Assembly (NCBI RefSeq): GCF_009914755.1
Contig: NC_060926.1
From: the human T2T-CHM13v2.0 reference genome, Homo sapiens
Direction: 5' to 3' (one strand)
Length of the DNA: 64,000 bases
The position numbers and the translations under genes were made by a program. The notes below the pieces were generated by a model, which did not search any database, was not told the origin of the DNA, and saw only the letters and a program-made list of their open reading frames with translations. This document shows positions 1 through 12,133 of the stretch, one piece after another. Each line of letters begins with the position of its first letter. Within the stretch, counting starts at the first letter, position 1.

Positions 1-405
1 TCAATTGCCAATGAACGTAGTAAAAAGAAAAAGGATTGTGTGTGTGATTGCACACACATAACTATAGAGCTATCTCATGTTAGAAAGTGGGTTTGCATCT
101 GGAGTTAAAACTGAAAAAAAAGTTAACAGCACTTTTTGTGGAAGACTCCTTGACAAAAACCGAATTTTATGAGTTTTCTTTGTGAAGAATAAAAGGAAGT
201 TTATTGTAACAGGAACAGTGGAAAGGAGTAAGGGGAAAGAAAGAAGATATGCCAGTAAATAGTTAAGCTGACTTTCTAGGAAACATTCCCAAATGATGAG
301 CCAATTCTTATTTATTTAAATAAAGTGACAAAGCTATGGAAATAGGATGCAAGTATTTTGTATTATAATCACATTCTTGTGTCCATGGCTTTGAAAATTA
401 CTAAT

Positions 406-1309
406 CTACTCATCTGACAAAGGGCTAATACGCTACAAAGAGCTCAAACAAATTTACAAGAAAAAAAACAAACAACCCCTTCAAAAAGTGGGCAAAGGAT
501 ATGAACAGACATTTCTCAAAAGAAGAGATTTATGCAGCCAAAAGACACATGAAAAAATGCTCATCATCACTGGCCATCAGAGAAATGCAAATCAAAACCA
601 CAATGAGATATCATCTCACACCAGTTAGAATGGCGATCATTAAAATGTCAGGAAACAACAGGTGCTGGAGAGGATGTGGAGAAATAGGAACACTTTTACA
701 CCGTTGGTGGAACTGTAAACTAGTTCAACCCTTGTGGAAGACAGTGTGGAGATTCCTCAGGGAACTAGAACTAGAAATACCATTTGACCCAGCCATCCCA
801 TTACTGGGTATATACCCAAAGGAATATAAATCATGCTGCTATAAAGACACATGCACACATCTGTTTATTGCGGCACTATTCACAATAGCAAAGACTTGGA
901 ACCAACCCAAATGTCCAACAATGATAGACTGGATTAAGAAAATGTGGCACATATACACCATGGAATACTATGCAGACATAAAAAATGATGAGTTCATGTC
1001 CTTTGTAGGGACATGGATGAAGCTAGAAACCATCATTCTCAGCAAACTATCGCAAGGACATAAAAACAAACACCGCATGTTCTCACTCATAGGTGGGAGT
1101 TGAACAATGAGTACACTTGGACACAGGAAGGGGAACATCACACACTGGGACCTGCTGTCGGGTGGGGGGAGGGGGGAGGGATAGCATTAAGAGATATACC
1201 TAATGTTAAATGAAGAGTTAATGGGTGCAGCACACCAACATGGCACATGTATGCATATGTAACAAACCTGCACGTTGTGCCCATGTACCCTGGAACTTAA
1301 AGTATAATA

Positions 1310-1343
<34 letters not shown>
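406..1343 (+). mobile_element. 5'-truncated primate LINE-1 (L1PA3/L1PA4-like): ORF2 3' end, 3'UTR, and tail decayed to (AT)n
   Basis: Typical L1 3' sequence (CTACTCATCTGACAAAGGGCTAATA..., G-rich tract GGGTGGGGGGAGGGGGGAGGG, ACTTAAAGTATAATAA). Perfect 13 bp TSD GAAAATTACTAAT at 393-405 and 1344-1356. The 3'UTR lacks the L1HS ACA diagnostic. Confidence 0.97.
501..1103 (+). pseudogene. C-terminal 200 aa remnant of L1 ORF2p; no promoter, EN or RT domain
   Basis: Translation MNRHFSKE...[16 protein letters not shown]...[10 protein letters not shown] matches the ORF2p cysteine-rich C-terminus. The usual HCWW reads HRWW here. Confidence 0.93.
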
Positions 1344-1344
<1 letters not shown>

Positions 1345-2563
1345 AAAATTACTAATAGTCCCCAAATGTACATAAGTTCAGGGACTCAAAGTAAATTTAG
1401 GGAAGATGGTCAAGTAATGCAATAGCTGATGATGAGCAGGAAGCCACTGCCAGGAAAGAGAGAAGGCAGCAGGCTTCGGGTGGATTTGGTAATAGGCCTG
1501 CTGTTTATGCACATAGGTCAAACTGAAAGCGTGTTCTATTACATAAGGGTGATGAATCTGCTCAACACATTTCCTCTATTGGCAGGTGAAACTAAATTTG
1601 TTTAAATGGCATAATCTAAATTTCTGTCTGAAGAGAATTCACTAAAAAAAAGGGCACTCCATGCCAAGTTTAGTGCCCTCCACAGAGACAGCTCACTGCA
1701 AAATAGTCACTCCAACCATAAAAATGATCCTGGTTTGGATCCAAATACTGAATAATAAAAATGCTAGATTTGGGGAGAGTGCATTCTTTGCAAAAGTGTG
1801 ATAAGAGGTGGGAACAATCCAGGGGGATAAAGTAATGGAATTCTACAAAGGCCAGCAAGGGGAAATGGAAAATATTTAATGACAAATTAATGTATGCCCA
1901 AGGGTTAGGAATGTCACATACCAATAAGTACAGCCGGAGTGAACAAAAGTCAATGTGGATAAATCAGGAGGTGCAGAAAGCAATCAAGGTATGAGAGAGA
2001 AATATGTGGAATATAAAACACTACATCCAGATGTAACAGAGGAGATTATAGAATGAATTCAAGTGTAAAAAATATATAAGAAAAGCAAAGATGAAAAATG
2101 AAAGGAAGATTGCAGGGAAGTTTAGATAAATATCAGAACATTTTTCAAAGCACTAAGGGTAAAGAGGTCAGCATAAGAGACAGTAAATGTTGAAAGACAG
2201 AGACAGGTAATTTATTGACCAAATAGTGGAATCTAAAGAATTAAATGCATCCTTTCATTTATTTTTCACAAAAAAAATAAGGGAGTGAGTGCGTGGAGGC
2301 ATGAGACAGATTCAGCCAGTGCTTGGTGAAATGATGTGGTGGCTGAAATGAGTGATCAAGGAATTAGGGTATATGACAGTAAATAAGTTTCTCATTCTTT
2401 TTTCCTTTTACTCAAAAGACATTAGTAAATGTTAAACTTGGGTATCAGAGAAAACATCATAGAATAAATCTAAGCCTAAAAAGATAACGAAATTCTCTAT
2501 ATCCTAACATTTACAGTATATCTTGTTTATATTCTGTTTAAACTGCTTGAGTTGAAAGTGTCC

Positions 2564-2976
2564 TGTTTTAAGAAAAAAATTCCCTCCTATATGTAAGTGT
2601 ATAAATGTGTGTGTGTGTGTGTGTGTTTAGCTGACCTTCTAGGAAACATTTCCAAATGACAAAAAAATTCTTATTTATTTAAATAAAGTGATAAATCTAT
2701 GGAAATAGGATGCAAGTATTTTATATTACAATCACATTCTCATGTCAATGGCTTTGAAAATTACTAATATCCCCAAATTTTCATAAGTTCAGGGACTCAA
2801 AGTAAGTTTAGGAAAGATGGTCAAGTAATGTAATAGCTGATCATAAGCAGGAAACCACTGCCAGGAAAGAGAGAAGACAGCAGGCTTTGGGTGGATTTGG
2901 TAATAGATAATTTGGTACGCACACACACATTTATACACATATATGGTACATGAGAGGGAATTTTTTTCTCAAAACA
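2564..2976. repeat. Imperfect inverted arms (~2564-2615 and ~2920-2976) flanking copy 2, with (TG)n at 2606-2626
   Basis: TGTTTTAAGAAAAAAATTCCCTC..GTGTATAAATGTGTGTGT pairs with ACACACACATTTATACAC..GAGGGAATTTTTTTCTCAAAACA. Confidence 0.88.
2629..2906 (+). repeat. Copy 2 of the ~280 bp duplication (uninterrupted; L1 empty site)
   Basis: Reads ...GGCTTTGAAAATTACTAATATCCCCAAAT... with a single copy of the TSD. Roughly 90% identical to copy 1 by eye. Confidence 0.95.
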
Positions 2977-3150
2977 CATATATATATAATACACATATGC
3001 ATCCTTCTGTACATGGGTTATATATATACACACATACGTGTGTGTGTATATGTGCAAATACATACACATATTAATTTCTCTCTATATATACATACATATA
3101 AAACATATACCAATACACCTATATCTATATCTATATACTTACATACATAT
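2977..3150. repeat. Degenerate (TA)/(CA) low-complexity tract
   Basis: Runs of ATAT, ACAC and ATCT. Confidence 0.85.
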
Positions 3151-3868
3151 GCAGAGAAATCAAATCTCTATTTGGAAATAAAAACGTACATGAATTCAAC
3201 TGACTAGAAGCTCCTCTTCTTGACCACAACGTATTGTGACATTTGAACAGTTTAAATAACTTTAATAGTGTCTTTTGTTCTTTTCTCACTGAAATGCTCT
3301 GGATGGCTTATTTTGGGAACACATTTTATCCGAAAAATAATTGGTTGTAAAGATTATCCTCTGAGGCTTCCAAGAGAGTTATTTGCCTGATTTGTTTTCG
3401 GCCTCAGTACCTGACTGAGCATTTACATACTTTAATGTGAATTTTAAATGGCAGACCCCACGAAAACCCCATTTCTGAAACAATGCCCTAGTGACAAAAT
3501 GCCCCCACTCTCCACTGTACCAGAAAGGCTTCCTCCCCATGCAACCCCTTGACTACCACCACCTGCGTGTGCCTTCCCCTCTCATTTTCTCTGGAGCCTG
3601 GTGGTTCATCCTTTGTACTCTCTCTGGGAGGAAAGCCTGCCTATTGGCTGACTTCTCCATCCATCAGTCATATTCCCCTTCTCCCATACTTGTATCTTAA
3701 AATTTAAGTATATTTTTGCATTATTCAATTAGACTAGAAGTTAATTGATGACAGACTGTGTGCCTAGGTCATCTCTGCACCCACCATAGTTCCCAGCTTA
3801 ACATTTTAAAAAACTATGCTTAACAAATTACAGAAAAAACGAATGGCCCTGTCTAGGCAGAACCTAAG

Positions 3869-4403
3869 TGATATAGTTTGGATATTTGTCCCCTCCCAAA
3901 TCTCATGTTGAATGGTAATCCCCATTGGTGGAGGGGGGTTCTGGTGAGAGGTGTTTGGATCATAGGGGCAAATCCTTCATGAATGGCTTGGGCCATCCCC
4001 TTGGTGATAAGTGAGCTCTTGCTCTGAGTTCATATGAGATCTGGTGGTTTAAACATGTGTGCCCCTCACCCCCACTCTCTCTTTCTCTCTCACTTGCTCC
4101 TGCTTTCACCATGTGACATGCCTGCTCCTGCTTCACCTTCCACCATGAATAAAAGCTTCCTGAGGCCTCTCCAGAAGTAGATGCAATTATTTTTTGGGTA
4201 AAATTTGTTCCCAAAATAAGCTATCTAAAGCATTTCAGTGAGAAAATAACAAAAGACATTATTAAAGTTTCTATCAACAGAAGCAGATGCTGTTGCCATG
4301 CTTCCTGTACAGCCTGCAGAACTATGAGCCATTAAATCTCTTTTCTTATAAATTGCCCATTCTCAGGTATTTCTTTATAGCAATGCAAGAACGGTCTAAT
4401 ACA
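3869..4403 (+). mobile_element. MaLR LTR (MSTA/MSTB-like), interrupted at 4185-4277
   Basis: Starts TGATATAGTTTGGATATTTGTCCCC..CAAATCTCATGTTGAA. Ends CTCAGGTATTTCTTTATAGCAATGCAAGAACGGTCTAATACA. Confidence 0.92.
4184..4269 (-). repeat. 86 bp inverted copy of 3258-3343 inserted in the MST LTR
   Basis: Reverse complement of 3258-3343 aligns without gaps, with 8 mismatches by eye. Flanking direct repeats are CAGAAGTAGATGC (4172-4184) and CAGAAGCAGATGC (4278-4290). Confidence 0.93.
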
Positions 4404-4483
4404 TATTTCACATTGCATGCCTGTATCAAAGCATCTCATGTAAGCCATGAAGATATGCACTATGTACCCACAAGTTTTCTTAA
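4404..4483 (+). mobile_element. Very short L1MA-type 3' end with 17 bp TSD
   Basis: CACATTGCATGCCTGTATCAAAGCATCTCATGTA..CTATGTACCCACAA resembles the L1MA 3' terminus. TSD AAGAAYGGTCTAATACA at 4387-4403 and 4484-4500. Confidence 0.85.
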
Positions 4484-6069
4484 AAGAATGGTCTAATACA
4501 CTGAACATGCATGGCAGCTATGTATTATCTTCAGTCAGGAGCTAAAAGCCATCTGTTACAGTGTCTGCAAATATATGATGAATTTATAATGTGAACATAC
4601 AGAGCCCTTGTTATCTGCATGGTTATATAGGTGTGATAGAGTATTAGCGTTTCAATATATAGGCATGATTTCAAAGTAAATAGAATTGAATTGTAGGTCT
4701 TTATTCTGTTCAGCATCATATGTTAGTCCTTAAGGAAAGCTCATGGAAAGCAATCTTCAGTCCCCTCTGTCCATCTACAGCCCCCATATTCATACCAAGA
4801 TGATGGGTGTGTCAAGACTCAAGGGCAAGGACATTATTGGATTATTGACTGGAAAATGCATCTTTTGCTGCACCTGATAAAAATGTTAGACTCTTGAGTC
4901 TGCAGGCCATAGCTTCTTTGGATTGCCTTAATCCCATTTTACTGTCACAATAAGAGAGATGTGGCGTGGCCTCCTGCCTGGAGGAACTTAAGGCCTTCGG
5001 TGGGTTGCTTCATAAAGGTTTTTTTCTGAGAACCAAAACATTTCTTTAGATTCTAAAATACTTAGTTACAGGAAAGTTTCTTAGAATTTCTTCACACCCA
5101 CATAGCATGTATTTAATACACATTGTTAGACTTTTACATTTTGACTAATAGCTTGAAATTTTTAAAAAGTTAAACATTCATTAGCTCATGATAGCAAGAT
5201 TATAGGGAAGAAAACGTTTACTTATAACAACGAATATTATAAATTTGGGGATTTCTTTGGAGTTCATATTTACCTAATAGTTCATATAATTAGTTGGGAA
5301 AAGGAGCAACTAACTTTTCAATAGACTCATATCAAGTTCTATTACTGTGTATGGCAGAGAATTCAGGTCATGAAATGCTACTGTGTTCTTTGAAAAATTC
5401 ATTCCTTGAAAAAAACTTCTTACAAAGTCATATGCAAGGAAAGATCTGAAGCTGCTGGCAGCCCACCATTTCTATCTATGGCAACAAAAGACCACAAACC
5501 TCTGGAGTTGGAGAGGGATTCGAGTAATCAGGAACAAAACGACAAGACATCTACAAACTTACAAGTTAATTCAAGTGAGTCACCATGAGACACACACATG
5601 TACAAGATTTAGTCTAACACATCTGATGGCTTGATTGAATATTTAAAGGAAATCATGAAACAAAATTACAAAGGGAATTTATGGACACAATTTCTTTCTC
5701 AATTTCTCTTGAATTGAGAAAGGCTTTTTATACATGGTGCTATATAAATGAAGACAAACCCAGAGGGTCAATAATTATACCATGAAGCATGATCCAGAAT
5801 GATAGAAAAAGAGCAATGTTTTACAAATCAAAAGAAATAAGGAAAAAATAAAACATTATTCCAGTCTGTTCCATGTTCAAATACAATTTCACAGCTTCAT
5901 CATAGGGAGTCAGTAAAATGGCATCAGGGAAAGTTGATCCAGGTGTTTGAGATGATTATGAAATAGTCTTATTATTATTTAGAAACAAACAACTTTGTGT
6001 TCACAAGAAAATAGAAGGAAGATAGCTAGCTGCTTCCAGCTCCACTGTATTTTCAAGATTTCCTAAACA

Positions 6070-6480
6070 TTGCTGGGTCCCCAGGAAATGGAATTGATTC
6101 TTGCAAACTGGAGTTACATACTACCATTAAGCGTCACATTATCTTGTATTGCACTGTCAAATCTCAGCCCCCACACATTGCCAGGACCAGCTTCACACAA
6201 GTATGGTTTGATGGAGCTTCATCCCCAAATCACGCTGTTCCCTGCCCTACCTCCCTGATGCCTCAGGGAAGGGGGACCACGAAGTGCTCACGCTTGCAGA
6301 ACACAGAGCTGGGGAGAGCCAGGAGGTTGGTGCTCCTGGGGCCACCCTTGACTGACGGAAGACAAGGGCCAATGGATAAATTCTTCACCTCTCATCTGCC
6401 ATAAGCTGATTCTAAGACACATTTTTCAAAACTCCCTGGAAGGTTAAACAATGAGTCACCCTTAGTGGTGGCCAACAACA
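6070..6480. mobile_element. Old ERVL-class LTR (LTR16-like)
   Basis: GC-richer block with GGCCAATGGATAAAT..., CTCCCTGGAAGGT and GGTGGCCAAC motifs reminiscent of the LTR16 family. Confidence 0.5.
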
Positions 6481-7229
6481 TCACATTTCACATAAACTTC
6501 CTTCTCACAACACAAGCAGTTGGATCAAGGTTTTCATGAGGGAGGACACAGATTAGATACATCACAGTTAGAATTTCTTTTGAAATTCTAACCCTCCAGC
6601 CACAAACTCTGAGAGAGAGGTCTCTTTTGTTCTTTAACAGTAGACATAGGTGGTACACTTGAGCCTCTCTACTTCTTCTCCTTAAGGCTACACTTTGACT
6701 TAGACAGACTCCTGAGTATGTTACATATACGTGGAGCAATGGTGATGGACGAGGGCTCTGCATATGTCCTGTTATCCAAAAGGGTTGCCATAAAATACAA
6801 CCATCTCAGTGATATCTGCGTATTTTTGTTCATTTCTGTCAGCTCTTTACTTTTGTTCCAGGAAGCTAAATGTTTAGTTATTATTCAGTAAAACTCAGAA
6901 GTCATATGTTTTCAGAATGGTTATACAAGTAGTTTTTGTTTTGTGTTGTATTGTTTTGTTTTTAGCACAGTTTTGATTCCTGGTACATTTGTATTTCTTA
7001 CTGTTCTTTGCATTCAAACTGTTTCCATGATTCCTGCTACATTTTCAACTTCAGGATTAAAGGATTTATAAAAAGGAGCAAACTTTTATCACAATGATGT
7101 TCTTATTGTGCACCATGCCAAATACTAGACATTTTATATGAATGTATAAAGATACGCTGGCACTAGGTTACAGAGCTAGGAGCGTGCACTTGATTTTTGG
7201 TTTCTGAACCAATAATTAAAGAGTTTGGA

Positions 7230-8360
7230 TGTTATTTCCATCCTTACAGTATGACAAAAAGGCTAACAAAATAAAAAGCGACTCCCCTTAGATCCACTGG
7301 CGAACTGAAGTCATAGGACAAATTGCCACCTTGAATGTTGAAGAGACAGGTGGATCATAGCTTACTGGCAGAGAAATCAATGCCAGGGCCAGAAACTGGT
7401 AGGAACACTTGCAGAAGATTTGACTAACTGTTGGGAATGGTGTGCAGACTAGCTTGAGAGATAAAAATGCTGGGGGGTGGAGGGGGGTGTCACACGCTCA
7501 GCAAAGACCCCAAAACTGGATGAGTTTCACCTCAAGAAATCCACCCAGGTTTTTACTGTGAAGAATAGAAAAAGATCCCCACTGACAGGGAGAGGGGAAA
7601 GGTAGCCAGTTGACATATACCTAGAGTGTTCTCTTCTCCTTAAAAAAGGCCTTCCCTCAAGAAAATCTATTTCACCAGAGTTTAACCAACATGCAGTTAC
7701 CCAATGTTGGTACTCAATACCAAATACCTGACTCTAGGCCACTCTAACCCATGATTTGAAGAAGGGAACTGCCCAACTCCAGCTCCTTCTAGCCTTCGAC
7801 ATGGAGGAAGGGACATATCCAACTCAGAATAAGTAAAAGACTGAGAACCAATAAAGGATTATAAAACACTTCCCCTCTCTTCCCACCTTCTGACCCTTCT
7901 ACAGGCTCCTGAATAATGCCAAGGAGTTTCATTAAAAGAACTGTCCAGCTCAGAGTCTATTTCAGATGGAGTCTCTAATAAACCCAAAGACCAAAATAAG
8001 GACATTAGAAAAAATTTTAGTCTCTGACATTACAGGAACAGCAAACAGCCAACAGAGACTAAATCCTAGTCAGACAAACATGAAACCTCACACTAAAGAC
8101 CTGTTTAACCCCAGTTCCTTATACCCAATACGTCCTGTTGGCTTTTAACAAAAACATTACAAGTCGTGGTAAAAAGAAGACAACACAGTCTGAAGAGACA
8201 AAACAAGCACAAGAACCAGACTGAGATATGGCAGAGATCTTTGGAAGTATCAGACCAGGAATTTTGAATGATTAATTTGTTATGGGTTCAAATGGAAAAA
8301 GTGGAAAACATGAAAGAATAGATGGATACTGTAAGCAGAGAGATGGACACTCTAAGAAAG
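7230..8360 (+). mobile_element. Ancient L1M 5' region / ORF1 start
   Basis: AGAACCAGACTGAGATATGGCAGAGAT..TATCAGACCAGGAATTT..GAATAGATGGATACTGTAAGCAGAGAGATGG is typical of L1M 5'/ORF1 sequence. Confidence 0.7.
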
Positions 8361-8579
8361 CAAGTCATTTACAACATAACAACACTTTTCTGAGACTTAC
8401 TAGGAAGTAAAAGAATCATTCTTGCTGCCAGCATGGTAGCCACCAGCGACCTTTGCTGACCCAGTGGAGTTATGGACTTGTGGGAGCCGTTTCTTTATGG
8501 CAGGTGAACTCCCGCCCACCCGGCTCCAGCCACATGAGGGAATGTTCCAAGATATTTTCTTATCAAGAATTGAGATATC

Positions 8580-9056
<477 letters not shown>

Positions 9057-9171
9057 ATTTTTACAAAAAGAAATACCTGCAAGAAAAAGAGATTAACTTC
9101 TTGTTTCCCATTTGGAGTTATTTTATGGACACTGTAGCTCTTGGGGTTGACCCATCATTGAAGGTAGATAG

Positions 9172-9627
9172 GTGCCATGCCAGACCCCTATTAACTTCAG
9201 TAGGAATGGCACCAGGTTCAAGAGGCAGAAGAGACCCAGGGCCAGCAAAGGAGACAAAGGATTTTTTAAGCAGGAACCTTACATACAGGGATGGTCCAGT
9301 GACAGCGGGCTGGACAGGAGAACTGTAAAGTCTTGCAAAAAGAATGCAGTTTATATAGCATTTTCACTTAGAACCCTCTCCCTAAATCTCGCAACTGAAA
9401 ACGTTCATTTAACCAGAAGCAAAGGACCTCAATCCCCTGTATGGCCCATGTTCCACAAGACTGGCAGAAGGTTTCGATGTTCCTCATAGATAAGGAATGG
9501 ATCTCTGAGTTGGCCATTTCCATATTCTTTAGCTTGGAATTCTGAACACATATTCAGGTGTGTCTGCCATACAGGATCATTCTCAAGGTATGCTTAAGTT
9601 ATTGCTGTCAGGTGCCTCTGCCAAATG
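9172..9627 (-). mobile_element. ERV solo LTR, family not assigned
   Basis: CCAGACCCCTATTAACTTCAGTAGGAATGGCACCAGGTTCAAGAGGC..GAGACCCAG..CAGCAAA resembles an LTR U5/R read in reverse. TATA-like TTTATATAG at ~9350. Confidence 0.65.
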
Positions 9628-10439
9628 CTAGGCATGAGCCATCATTTTAGTACCCCACCTAAGAGGCTTTGGGACATGGGGCCAGTAGTAGGAAGAGGGA
9701 AGGGATAGGAGATGTCCAACAGAGTTTCATCTCCCACGTCAGGCAGCTTGAAGTGCAATAGCTCCTCTGAAGAACTTACACATGAACCCTCCTTAAATGT
9801 CTGGCACAGAGGACATCAATAGTCTATCAGTGGGAATCAGAGACCACCACCAAAAAAAGTCAACTAATTACAGAGACTTGTTCTTTTCTCTCTTTTTTCA
9901 TCCCATCCCAACACATAGAAATAACTTGTCCTTGGAGAGGGAATATAGGGAAGGAGAGGTCTTCCAGAGGGAGATCATACCATTCTCCAAACAGTCAGTA
10001 TTTCAGCTCAGCTTGATCTTGGCATTTTGGTTGAGAAACAAAATTAAGCCCTGTGAGCTGTAGGGTCCATGAAAATGTCTTGCTTTGTCGATCTGTGGAG
10101 TGCAGGCTATTCCAGCATCCCAGCTCTCCGGTTCTCGTCTCTCCTCTCCATATTAGGCATAGGGGCACACAAACTCACTAGACATCCTGCCAGAACTCCA
10201 AATGGGAAATGAGAACTTAGTCTTTCCTTTTAGACTAATGTTTTAAGTCAAAAATGATTTGAGACTCAAAGTAATCTGAAAGTTGACAGACCCACCCGAA
10301 ATTTCATTAAGAGACTAACAGCAGAGATCTAAGAGCAATGTTACAAACACTGATTGGAGAAAAGTCAACTCTCTTAACCTTGATACTTCTTCAAGCACAG
10401 ATGGGACTATTCACCAGTTGTAAATGTTATGAAATTTAA

Positions 10440-10605
10440 TCCTTCTAACATCCTTGTGATGCCTACATTCTTATTTCTACTTTTTGAAGAATATGTGACT
10501 GAAGTTTAGGTTAGTTTAAATCACATCCCCAAGGTCCCACAGCTAGAGTAGATGGAATGTGAACCTCAGGTACTTCGGTTTCAGAGCCCCTATTCCTTCT
10601 ACCAT
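10440..10605 (-). mobile_element. MIR SINE fragment
   Basis: CCCAAGGTCCCACAGCTAG..GAACCTCAGGT..TTCAGAGCCC core. Confidence 0.7.
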
Positions 10606-11871
10606 ATTCCATTGCCTTCATAGAGAGTAGAATTTGGTAACCTTCTAAACTGGTAACATTCCAGTTGAAATTTAGCATGCTTTGTGTGAAGCCCTACACA
10701 AAGAATGCTACAATGCTTTATGAATTTACATCACAAATTGATAATTATATTATTTCTAAGTTTCACAAATCCCTTAGGTTTTTTCAAGGAGAAATCAATA
10801 TTACTTTACACTATCTCTAATTGTATTTGTATAAATAATGTTATCAATTACAATCCATATTTTAACATTTTTTTTTAAGGATCCATTCTAATTCGGGGTC
10901 ATTTTAGCTACTGCTCCTTAATCTTTCTCACTAAGGAACACTAAACCACAAAGTGGTAGTTTGGAGGATCCTGCTATTTCAGATCCCCTTTCCTTTAATT
11001 TGCATGATCTTGCACACAGAACATTGTAACATCTATTGTTATTACTACTGAATATCAGTAATTTTGCTCTTTCTATTCTTCCTCAATGTTGTACCATTAA
11101 TTTCCCACTTATTCTTAAGTTTTCAAAATGCATCTCACAAATACTCACACGCTCTTCCCAAATACCAGGAAATCAGGCTGCCACTGACTCCCCCATGCCT
11201 ACATTTTCTACCACCACCCCACCCACCCGTATGTCTTTCTTTCATTGGAATTATTTCAAACTCTACTTTGTGGCCAGGAAATATAATCCCAGAATGTCAC
11301 GTGAGTGGGAAGAGGCTGAGGATTTTGCCTTTGAGAGGCTGAGTTAGCCCCTGAGGTACACATGAGCATAGTGTCATTCTTATTTTTATTTTGCTCAGAG
11401 AAGGTTAATGTGTCTCTTCCATCCAGCTGAAGTTCATTTAACTGCATGTGAGGCTATGGAAATGTTGGTAGTGACTGACCATTGTATCCATTCTTTGCCC
11501 TCGACTTCTTGACACACATCATTCAGGCTGCGGTTTTAAACATTCACATAAAACAGCTCTTGCTTTACAAAGCAGCAGCCTGTTTTCTTTTGTATTACCC
11601 TGTTTGTATGAAGATCAGAATCTCAGCCCCCTGCAAAATACTGAATATTCCCCTTTTGATTTTACTGCCAGGGCAAGAATGATAGTACCTGTTTTTGCAA
11701 ATTTCCTCATTCATGCAACCATCCAGGATGGACTAGTCATTAGTCTGATGTTTTCAGGGAACTGGTCTAAAAGGAGAAGGAGAAGCCTGTGTCTTGAATG
11801 AGGGGCCACATTGGGAGAGCGAAGGAACTTTGAACCTGGATTGAGCACAAACAGATTTCTCAGAACCCTAA

Positions 11872-12133
11872 TTTATTTTTATTTATTTATTTATTTATTT
11901 TTGAGACGGGGTCTCACTCTGTCTCCAGGTTGGAGTACAGTGGCACGATCTCAGCTCAAAACAACCTCCGACTCATGGGCTCAAGCAATCCTCCCGCCTC
12001 AGCACCCCCAGTAGCTGGAACTACAGGCAGGCACCACCACACCTGACTAATTTGTGTGTGTGTGTGTGTGTGTGTCTGTGTGTATGCGTGTGTTTTTTGT
12101 AGGGAAACTGGGTTTTGCCATGTTGCCCAGGCT
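11872..12133 (-). mobile_element. 5'-truncated AluJ with (TTTA)n tail and (TG)n in the linker
   Basis: GAGACGGGGTCTCACTCTGT..GGGCTCAAGCAATCCTCCCGCCTCAGC..GCCATGTTGCCCAGGCT. Confidence 0.9.

Larger units (their letters stand above)
266..1495 (+). repeat. Copy 1 of a ~280 bp local direct duplication (266-405 plus 1357-1495), split by the L1
   Basis: AGCTGACTTTCTAGGAAACATT...GGTGGATTTGGTAATAG aligns colinearly with 2629-2906 once the L1 and one TSD are removed. Confidence 0.95.

Noticed and set aside
501-1103. 200 aa ORF as a host gene
   Set aside because: It is the tail of L1 ORF2 in a 5'-truncated element with TSDs.
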